Source: Anaerolineae bacterium
GTDB taxonomy: Bacteria > Chloroflexota > Anaerolineae > S140-20
Assembly (NCBI GenBank): GCA_027021705.1
Contig: JALUTT010000063.1
Location: forward strand, 1-45,353
DNA length: 45,353 nt
Direction of reading: 5' to 3'
This document shows positions 37,852 to 45,353 of this stretch, in pieces (the stretch's first letter is position 1; every line of letters begins with the position of its first letter). A model generated the notes under the pieces. That model made no database searches, had not been told where the DNA came from, and saw nothing but the letters and a program-made list of their open reading frames with translations. The translations under genes and the position numbers were made by a program.

Positions 37852-38027
37852 CCGGATGCCCTCTCCGGGCGTCAACCGGTGGGCTGCGCGAAAAATTTTA
37901 CAATCTGATAACATCTTCTTTACACCTTTCGCCTACTTTAGAAAAAGGCCCCTGCCTATAGGCGTGATTCGTTGTGGCGAGTGCTTACGAGTCCTGTATC
38001 GAGTCCTGTACGAGAGGAGGATGTGCG

Positions 38028-41000
38028 ATGACCAGACGGAGTTCGGTAGCTCTATGCATAGGCCTAGCCCTTGCTTTGGCCCTGCTCTTTATCGCTGCCA
38101 CCCAGGCTCAGGCCAGCGGCGGCATCATCACCGGCACAGTGACCACGCCCGATAGCGGTTCCATTCCCCCTGGGACCATCGTTCGGCTCTACGAACCCGG
38201 TTCCTGGGAGGTGAAGGGGCGGGCCAACGTGGACCCCGGCACGGGCTCCTTCAGCCTGGGGCCGGTGCCCAACGGTCTTTACGTCCTCAAGGCGATCCCG
38301 CCCGCTGCTTCCAACTACACCCAGTCCCAACCCAGGACCGTTTCCATCTTCAACGCCAACGTGAATGTGGGGACGATTGGACTCACATTCCCCCAGGTGG
38401 TCGGGACGGTTGTGGACCCCTTAGGGACGACGCCCAAGCGGGCTAAGGTACAGGTCTACGCCGGGAGCGGCATGGTGGTTCAGGTGACCGAGGCCCCCAC
38501 CGGCACTTTCAAGATTGGGGGGCTCCCTGTCGGCAGCTACGCCCTCCAGGCGTTCCCGCTCACCGACGAACCCTTCTGGAAGTCCCACCGCACGCCCATC
38601 ACCATCACCTCGGGTACGGCAGTGCTGCCTGTCACGCTGACGCTGCGTCCGGCGGACCTGTGGGGCTGGACGGTGGACAGCACCCATCAGCCGGTGCCCG
38701 ACGCCACCGTGGTGGCCGTCCGTCTGGGATCGGCGGGCACCTTCTTCCGGGCGGACCGGAGCAGCGGCACCGGCTTCTGGGCCATCGGGGATCTGCCGGC
38801 CGGCACCTATCGCCTCGCCGCCCATCCGTCGTGGCGTCAGGCCTGGCTCCTCTCCCCGCTCCCCATCACCGTCACCCTCCCCGGGGCCACCAACCCCTAC
38901 ACCCTCACCTTTGGCACTCCGCCCAAGGTGGTGACGGGCACGGTCCAGACCAACACCGGTGCTCCCGTCCAACACGCCCAGGTGGTGGCCCACCGGGTGA
39001 ACCGGAATGGGCGGGCGATGGCCCTCACCGGTGCCGATGGGAAGTATACGCTCAATCTGGCTCCGGGTCTGTGGGCGCTCACCATCCGGCCCATCAGCAT
39101 CACCACCCCTACCCACTGGATCTACCCCCAGCCGCCTCAGTTGGTCGCCTTCCCACCTAACGCCATCTCCGAAACCAAGCGCCTGGACTTCGAGGTGCTG
39201 ACGGCCGACGCCCGCGTCACCGGCACGGTGAAGATGCCCGACGGCAGCACGCCCCCCTTCACCGTCACCGTCGTGCTTCATAGCGATGAGGGGGTTGGCG
39301 TCGAGGGCACCATCAACCCCACCGACGGCAGTTTCAACATCGCCATCCCCAATGGCGACTACCAGGTCTGGGTGCGGCCCGATGATCCCCGCTTCGTAGG
39401 CCCGGCGGTGCCTCCGGTGCACGTGCCGCCCACCAGCACGGTGGGCCTGGGGACGCTGACGTTGCTGGCCCGAGACGCGATGATCACCGGCACGGTGACC
39501 GATGGGAGCGGCGCTGCCCTCGAAGGGGTCCCCGTCGTGGCCTGGCGGGCCGGTGCGCCGGGTGGGGCCAGGGCCCACACCAACGCCGACGGCCAGTACC
39601 AACTGCCGGTGTCCGCCGGAGAGTGGCTGGTGCGACCGGCGCCCCGTCCTGACCAGCCCTACATCTACACCGGCACGGTGGCGACGGTGGTGTTGACCGC
39701 CTCCGAGACCATCTCCAACGTCAACTTCTCGCTGGTCACGGCGGACGCGACGCTGGAGGGGGTGCTGGTGACCGAGGACGGCACGCCGGCGACGGACGCG
39801 GAAGGGTGGGCCCAGGCGACCCACGTGGGCACTCCCACGCTGCACAAAGGGGCACCCATCCGCAACGGCACCTTCACCATCCTCCTGCCGGCGGGTACTT
39901 ACAATGTGGGCGCCCACCTCTCCCCGGAGAGCTCCTACATGTCCGTCCGGGAGCGGAATGTCACCTTGACGTCCGGGATGACCGAGACGATCACCCTGAT
40001 GGTCCAGACGAAAGATGCGACCATCGCCGGGACCCTCTGGAACCCTCGCAATCGGACGGTCGTGGCGGGGGTGCGGGGAGTCGTGGCGGCTTGGGCGAGA
40101 GGCAACGGGGTGGCGACGCCCATTGACGCCGGCAACGGCACCTACCGGCTGAGGGTGGCGGCCGGCCTCTGGAACCTGGGCTTCCGCGTGGACCCGGCCT
40201 CCGGCTACGTCCCGCTGCGCCGGCATGGGAGCGTGGCCGTGCAGTCGGGGCAAACCGTTCACGTTCCCTTGCCCATCGCACCGCGCGACGGCCTGATCAC
40301 GGGGACGGTGCTGGGACCCACGGGGAATCCGGTGGCCGGCGCCGTGGTGATCGCCGACGGAGCGGAGCCGGAGGTGGAGCGGGTGGTGCTGAAAGCCCGC
40401 AGTGGTCCTGACGGTCGCTTCCGGCTGGAGGTGCCCTACGGACGCTACCGCCTGGGGGCGACAGTAGGCTTCACAGCCAGCGTCAAGCCGGGCATCGTTG
40501 AGGTGGTGGTACCCCAGGGTGGGGCCTCCGGCGGCCACGTCCTCCAGTTCCGCAAGCCCGATGCTACCATCTCCGGCGCGCTGATCATCACCGGCACGAG
40601 CGACATCACCGGCACCGTCTTCGTCTGGGCCTGGTCGGACGATGACGGCTTCGCCAAGGGGCGCTTCCCTGTCACCAGTTCGACCGGCGTCTACGGCCTG
40701 AACGTCGTCTCCAACACCACCTGGCACCTGGGTGCCGTCTACGAGACTTCCGGTCTCTACTGGAGCGCCCGGGCCGACGTGACGCTGGGGAGCGGCAGCG
40801 CGACCCAGGACCTGGTGCTGACGGGGCCGTATCCCAAGCCGGGGCCGGTGGCGGTGACCTTCGACGCAGCCGAGCCGCAGCGCATCGAGTTGGCCGACGG
40901 GACGTCCATCTACATCCCGGCCAACGCTATGCCGGTCAGCGGCACGGTGACGCTGCAGATCATGCCCATCGCCACGCTGCCCCACCAGCGGCGGGCCAAC

Positions 41001-41312
41001 GTCCTCAAGTACGGCTACGCCTTCACGGCGATGGACGAGAGCGGGGAGCCGATCACCGACCACTTCAACCAGGAAGTGATCATCAGCTTCCCCTACGACG
41101 AGGCCGAGCTGCGCCGCCTGGGGATCAGCGAGGCCCGGCTGAGGCCGGCCTACTACTCCACCACGGAGGAGCGGTGGACCTTGCCCAACAGCTTCACGGT
41201 GGACACGGCGAACAACGTGGTCACGATGCAGATAGACCACTTCACCGACTTCGCGCTGACGGGCGAGGTGGGGTACGACATCTTCCTCCCCGTGGTGATG
41301 CGCAACCGGTAG
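38028..41312 (+). CDS. Large secreted surface protein with tandem carboxypeptidase-regulatory-like (transthyretin/Cna-B-like) repeats, a C-terminal ZU5/GAIN-like domain and a terminal LPVVMR motif
   Basis: SD GAGGAGG and signal peptide ending AQA. Repeated ITGTV..G.P..GA.V...DG.Y...L..G.Y units. Ends IDHFTDFAL...IFLPVVMRNR. Confidence 0.85.
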   Translation: MTRRSSVALCIGLALALALLFIAATQAQASGGIITGTVTTPDSGSIPPGTIVRLYEPGSWEVKGRANVDPGTGSFSLGPVPNGLYVLKAIPPAASNYTQSQPRTVSIFNANVNVGTIGLTFPQVVGTVVDPLGTTPKRAKVQVYAGSGMVVQVTEAPTGTFKIGGLPVGSYALQAFPLTDEPFWKSHRTPITITSGTAVLPVTLTLRPADLWGWTVDSTHQPVPDATVVAVRLGSAGTFFRADRSSGTGFWAIGDLPAGTYRLAAHPSWRQAWLLSPLPITVTLPGATNPYTLTFGTPPKVVTGTVQTNTGAPVQHAQVVAHRVNRNGRAMALTGADGKYTLNLAPGLWALTIRPISITTPTHWIYPQPPQLVAFPPNAISETKRLDFEVLTADARVTGTVKMPDGSTPPFTVTVVLHSDEGVGVEGTINPTDGSFNIAIPNGDYQVWVRPDDPRFVGPAVPPVHVPPTSTVGLGTLTLLARDAMITGTVTDGSGAALEGVPVVAWRAGAPGGARAHTNADGQYQLPVSAGEWLVRPAPRPDQPYIYTGTVATVVLTASETISNVNFSLVTADATLEGVLVTEDGTPATDAEGWAQATHVGTPTLHKGAPIRNGTFTILLPAGTYNVGAHLSPESSYMSVRERNVTLTSGMTETITLMVQTKDATIAGTLWNPRNRTVVAGVRGVVAAWARGNGVATPIDAGNGTYRLRVAAGLWNLGFRVDPASGYVPLRRHGSVAVQSGQTVHVPLPIAPRDGLITGTVLGPTGNPVAGAVVIADGAEPEVERVVLKARSGPDGRFRLEVPYGRYRLGATVGFTASVKPGIVEVVVPQGGASGGHVLQFRKPDATISGALIITGTSDITGTVFVWAWSDDDGFAKGRFPVTSSTGVYGLNVVSNTTWHLGAVYETSGLYWSARADVTLGSGSATQDLVLTGPYPKPGPVAVTFDAAEPQRIELADGTSIYIPANAMPVSGTVTLQIMPIATLPHQRRANVLKYGYAFTAMDESGEPITDHFNQEVIISFPYDEAELRRLGISEARLRPAYYSTTEERWTLPNSFTVDTANNVVTMQIDHFTDFALTGEVGYDIFLPVVMRNR

Positions 41313-41340
41313 ACGGACGAGAGGGAGCAGGGGCCGCGAG

Positions 41341-41367
41341 AGGGGCAGGCGCTTTGCGCCTGCCCCT
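41341..41367. terminator. Palindrome between convergent genes
   Basis: AGGGGCAGGCGC-TTT-GCGCCTGCCCCT. Confidence 0.6.
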
Positions 41368-41369
41368 TG

Positions 41370-41783
41370 TCATCCCCATCGGCGTACTGCTGGAGGCAGG
41401 CGATCCAAGACGAAGTGCCAGACTTGACGAGCCAGTGCCAACGCCTCCTCGGCCTCCTCCCTGGTCAGCTCGGGCAGATCGCCCGGATAGCGCACCGCCA
41501 CCGCATAAGGAGTCAAAGTCACGGCAGCAGTCCGTAGCTCGCTGAAGGCGGGATCAAAGGACAGGCACTTGCCCACCAAGGCAACCAGCGAATGGGTCTT
41601 CTCGAAAGGCTCATCGCGCCAGGTCAGGTAGGCTTTCAGGGCTTTTTCGGCAACCTGCTGGCAGTGGAATCCAGCAGCGTCGCTCAAGGGCTCAGGCCGA
41701 GCCAGCAACCATTCCGCCGCCTGGAGGTCTTGCAAAGCTTTGCTCAGCCAGGCACAGATTTCTTGAGCCTTTGCCTCATCCAT
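41370..41783 (-). CDS. HEPN domain protein
   Basis: WLSKALQDL, FHCQQVAEKALKAYL, KTHSL and RYPG. Confidence 0.88.
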   Translation of the reverse strand: MDEAKAQEICAWLSKALQDLQAAEWLLARPEPLSDAAGFHCQQVAEKALKAYLTWRDEPFEKTHSLVALVGKCLSFDPAFSELRTAAVTLTPYAVAVRYPGDLPELTREEAEEALALARQVWHFVLDRLPPAVRRWG

Positions 41784-42096
41784 AGAGCACTTTCCCCTCA
41801 GCTTGAACTGTAGAGGCCAAGGAGGTCTTCACACGGCAGGCCCGTTGGAATTCGGCCCGGGTCAGAACAATCACATCTACCGGCACCGTCAGTCCCCACA
41901 GCAGGTCGTAGGAGAGCGCCTCGCGTCGGTGGCGGGGAAGGTCGGAATCGGGCACCACGACCAGCAAATCCACATCGCTACCCGCCTCCGCCTCACCGCG
42001 TCCTTGGGAGCCGAACAGGTAGATTCGCTCTGGATGCAGCCCCCGTACCAACCGATCCACGATCTCTTGGAGAAGTTCAGGAGAAACGCCGGTCAT
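41776..42096 (-). CDS. Minimal nucleotidyltransferase (MNT)
   Basis: YLFGSQGRG...SDVDLLVV and VDVIV. ATG 42096 overlaps the upstream TGA. Confidence 0.88.
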   Translation of the reverse strand: MTGVSPELLQEIVDRLVRGLHPERIYLFGSQGRGEAEAGSDVDLLVVVPDSDLPRHRREALSYDLLWGLTVPVDVIVLTRAEFQRACRVKTSLASTVQAEGKVLYG

Positions 42097-45000
42097 CGGT
42101 CCTTCCTCAGCGCTTGCAACGCCCGCCACACCCGCTCCGGCGTGATGGGGAGTTCGGTGATCCAAACCCCTACGGCGTCGTAGAGGGCGTTGACCACGGC
42201 CGGCGCCACCCCGTCCATAGGGATCTCCGCCACCGCCTTGACACCAAAGGGACCCGTCGGCTCGTGGGTCTCGACGAAGATCACCTCCATCGGAGGCACC
42301 TCGTCGGCCCGGAAGAGCTTGTAAGGGCCGAAGCGCGGGTTGAGCAGCCGCCCCCGCTCGTCGAAGACCATCTCCTCGCTCAGGGCGTATCCCAACGCCT
42401 GGATCATCCCCCCCTCCACCTGGCCGGAGGCGGTGATCGGATTGACGATCACCCCGCTGTCCACCGCCATCACCAGCCGGTCCACCCAGACCTGCCCCGT
42501 CTCCGTGTCCACGGTCACCTCGGCGAACTGGGCGGCGAAGGGGGGCGGGGCCTGCTCGGCGACGTAGGTGCCGATCCCCATGATCTGGTGCTGCCGGTGG
42601 TGGTGGAGGGAGTCCAAGGCCACCTCGGCCAGGGTGACGCTCCGACCGTCGGGAGCCCAGGCCCGTCCTTCGTGGAGGCGGACCGCCTCCGGGTCCAGCC
42701 CCCCCTCGGGGTCGAGCAGGCGGGCGGCTACCTCACGGACCTGCCGGGCGGCCATCTCCGCCGCCCGCACCACCGCCATCCCGCTGACGTAGGTAGTGCT
42801 GCTGGCGTAGGCCCCTTTGTCGAAGGGGGTGAAGTCGGTGTCCGAGGAGTAGACGAGGACCGCTTCGACGGGGCAGCCCAGCACCTCGGCGGCCATCTGG
42901 GCTAGGACGGTGTCGGAGCCGGTCCCTAGGTCGGTCGCCCCCACCATCAGGTTGAAGGAGCCATCGTCGTTCATCTTGATGGTGGCCGCGCCCATATCCA
43001 GGTAGGCGATGGCCGTTCCCTGCATCACGGTGGCGACGCCGATACCCCGCCGCAGGTGGGGTTGGTCCGGCACCCGGTGCCAATCGGGGTTGCCGTACTT
43101 CTCGTGCCAGCCGATGGCGGCCGCTCCCTGCTCCACGCACTGGGGAAGGCCGACGGTGCGGATCACCTCCGGGTGGCCCTCCCGCCCCTCGGTCCAGACC
43201 TTGGAGATGGGGTGCTCGTCGCCCGGCTTCAGCGCGTTCTGGAGCCGGAAGGCCAGGGGGTCCAGCCCCAGCGCCCGGGCGATCCGCTCCATATGGACCT
43301 CCATAGCGAAGAAGCCTTGGGGGACGCCGTAGCCCCGCATCGCGCCGGAGGGGGGCGTGTTGGTGTAGACGGCGGTGGCCCGGCCCCGGATGTTGGGCGC
43401 GTTGTAGAGGGCCAACGCCTTGTGCAGCGTGTTGCCGGGGACGGTCATCGCGTGGTTGCCGTAGGCCCCTGTGTCGGAGAGGACCTCCATCTCGTTGGCC
43501 ACGATGGTGCCATCCTGCATCACCCCGGTGCGGACCCGGATCACCATCGGGTGGCGGGAGGTGGCAGCGATGAACTCCTCGTGGCGGGTGTACTCCATCC
43601 GCACCGGCCGGCCGGTGACCAGGGTCAAGTGGGCGCAGATGTCCTCGATGAGCATCTCCTGCTTGCCCCCGAACCCCCCGCCGATGCGGGGCTTGATCAC
43701 CCGAATCCGGCGCACGGGCAGCCCCAAGATGGGGGCCAGCATCCGCCGGGTGTGGAAGGGGACCTGGGTGCTGGTGCGGACGACCAGCCGGTCGTCCTCG
43801 TCCCAGTAGGTGATACAGACGTGGGGTTCCAGGGCGGCGTGCTGGACCTTGGGGAGGCGGTAGGTGGCCTCGAAGACGTGATCGGCCCGGGTGAAAGCGG
43901 CCTCCACGTCGCCCAGCTCCAGCTCGATCTGGGCGGCGATGTTGCGGCTCGGGTCCGACTCGCCGAAGCCGACGTAGTCGGGCTCGTCGTGGATGATGGG
44001 CGCATCGGAGGCCAGAGCCGCCTCGGCCTCCAGGATGGCGGGCAGTTCCTCGTACTCAACCTCGATCAGCTCCAGGGCCCGCTGGGCGATCTCCTCGCTC
44101 TCGGCGGCCACGGCGGCCACCCGGTCGCCGACGAAGCGGACCTTCTCGTCCAGACTGAAGCGGTCCAGAGGGCCGGGGATGGGGTCGGACTGGCCGGCGG
44201 TGGAGAAGGGAACGCGGGGCAGGTCCCGGTAGGTGAGGACGGCGTGGACGCCGGGCAGGGCGCGGGCCTTGCTGACATCAATCCGCTTGATGCGGGCGTG
44301 GGGGAGGGGGCTGAGGAGCAGCTTGCCGATGAGCATCCCCCGCATCTCGAAGTCGTCGGCGAAGGCCGGCCGGCCCTGGACCAGCTTGCGGGAGTCCACC
44401 TTGGGCTCCGGCTTGCCCACGACCTGCAGCGCCTCCCGCTCCGGCGTGACCACCATCGTGGGCAGGAGGGTCGTCTTAAGGGCGGTGCCGGACCGTTGGG
44501 CCGGGCCGGTGGGGCCGGCAGAGGCGGGCGGTTCCGGGGGGGGGGAGGAAGGCGGCTCGAAGAGGCCCGGTGGGGCCGGGATGGCCGCCTCCGTCAGCGG
44601 GGGGACCTCCTCACCCCGCAGCCGGGCCGCTGCCCGGAGCACGGCCTGGACCGGCTTGGCGTAGCCCGTGCAGCGGCAGAGGATGCCTGACAAGGCATCG
44701 CGTACCTCTGCCTCGGTGGGGTTGGGATCCTCGTCCAGGAGGGCCTTGGCCACCAGGAGCATGGCCGGCGTGCAGTAGCCGCACTGGATCGCCCCCGTCT
44801 CGATGAAGGCTTCCTGGAGGGCGTGGAGCTGGCGGTGGCCCCTCCAGCCGATGGGGATGGACGCGCCGGGGCGGTCGGCGGGGGTCGCCTGGATGCGGCT
44901 CAACCCCTCGACGGTGGTGATGGCCCGCCCTTGGGCCTGGGGAGCCAGCATCGTGCAGGCGGTGCGGGGGGTGCCGTCCACCAGGACGGTGCAGGCCCCG

Positions 45001-45128
45001 CAAGTGCCGTCTTCACAGCCGTGTTTAACGCTGAAGAACCCCTCCCGCCGCAAGAGGGTCAGAAGGGTTTCGTAGGGTGCTGCCTCGACCTCGTAGGGTT
45101 CGCCGTTGATGGTCAGGTGGATCCTCAT
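42093..45128 (-). CDS. xdhD: Xanthine dehydrogenase family molybdoenzyme with a fused 2x[2Fe-2S] domain (XdhD-like)
   Basis: GCEDGTCGAC, QCGYC, CRCTGY, GGGFGGKQ, AMRGYG, QVEGG and KAVAE. The GQS..P.PLDR segment resembles E. coli XdhD as recalled, not checked. Start at ATG 45128 with SD AGGAG. Confidence 0.85.
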   Translation of the reverse strand: MRIHLTINGEPYEVEAAPYETLLTLLRREGFFSVKHGCEDGTCGACTVLVDGTPRTACTMLAPQAQGRAITTVEGLSRIQATPADRPGASIPIGWRGHRQLHALQEAFIETGAIQCGYCTPAMLLVAKALLDEDPNPTEAEVRDALSGILCRCTGYAKPVQAVLRAAARLRGEEVPPLTEAAIPAPPGLFEPPSSPPPEPPASAGPTGPAQRSGTALKTTLLPTMVVTPEREALQVVGKPEPKVDSRKLVQGRPAFADDFEMRGMLIGKLLLSPLPHARIKRIDVSKARALPGVHAVLTYRDLPRVPFSTAGQSDPIPGPLDRFSLDEKVRFVGDRVAAVAAESEEIAQRALELIEVEYEELPAILEAEAALASDAPIIHDEPDYVGFGESDPSRNIAAQIELELGDVEAAFTRADHVFEATYRLPKVQHAALEPHVCITYWDEDDRLVVRTSTQVPFHTRRMLAPILGLPVRRIRVIKPRIGGGFGGKQEMLIEDICAHLTLVTGRPVRMEYTRHEEFIAATSRHPMVIRVRTGVMQDGTIVANEMEVLSDTGAYGNHAMTVPGNTLHKALALYNAPNIRGRATAVYTNTPPSGAMRGYGVPQGFFAMEVHMERIARALGLDPLAFRLQNALKPGDEHPISKVWTEGREGHPEVIRTVGLPQCVEQGAAAIGWHEKYGNPDWHRVPDQPHLRRGIGVATVMQGTAIAYLDMGAATIKMNDDGSFNLMVGATDLGTGSDTVLAQMAAEVLGCPVEAVLVYSSDTDFTPFDKGAYASSTTYVSGMAVVRAAEMAARQVREVAARLLDPEGGLDPEAVRLHEGRAWAPDGRSVTLAEVALDSLHHHRQHQIMGIGTYVAEQAPPPFAAQFAEVTVDTETGQVWVDRLVMAVDSGVIVNPITASGQVEGGMIQALGYALSEEMVFDERGRLLNPRFGPYKLFRADEVPPMEVIFVETHEPTGPFGVKAVAEIPMDGVAPAVVNALYDAVGVWITELPITPERVWRALQALRKDR

Positions 45129-45353
45129 CGTGCTTCTCCTGAGGTGGGGGAAGTCAACCGAATTGTTGTTTCCAATTATACCCATCCCGCCATTTCTTGC
45201 CAGTGAGGCACGATAGTCCCTTCCAACGCGAGCGTATCAAGTTGGGGACCTACAGGTAGCCGAAATAGGCTCTGGGCTTCGTAAAATGGTCGAAAAAGGG
45301 GGGGGAGCTTGCCCATAATGAATTTGAGCCAACCCGCGAAATAGGGTACAATG

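Overview
High-GC bacterial chromosomal window, most consistent with Chloroflexota (Anaerolineae-like). That assignment is inferred from the expanded GT39/ArnT-like paralogues, a C-terminal 'IFLPVVMR' motif and the repeat style. Gene content in order: a truncated secreted protein; three translationally coupled GT-C (ArnT/PMT-like) glycosyltransferases; a degenerate GT2-like protein; clpC; a peptide/nickel ABC operon; an MFS transporter; vapBC; a minus-strand run of Lrp regulator, potABCD, four-helix-bundle gene, EamA, wHTH protein and DinB; an SH3 protein; an MscS-family protein; sbcC; a beta-solenoid-like protein; an alpha/beta hydrolase; an antitoxin-like/PIN-like pair split by an AT-rich insert; sppA; a large surface protein; MNT-HEPN; and an XdhD-like molybdoenzyme. 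No rRNA, tRNA, CRISPR array, transposase or integrase is visible. Most of the unexplained signal is non-coding: (1) many 7/8-mer tandem arrays, several abutting stop codons, including a quasi-inverted pair bracketing an Avd/IVP-like four-helix-bundle gene; (2) a dispersed hairpin element with 14-bp terminal inverted repeats and one compensatory change; (3) a candidate sRNA inside the AT-rich insert. Coding-level oddities are an apparent AUA-initiated Lrp regulator and a possible autoproteolytic HF|T motif just before the putative sorting motif of the surface protein. All functional calls are from motif recognition only; no database searches were run.
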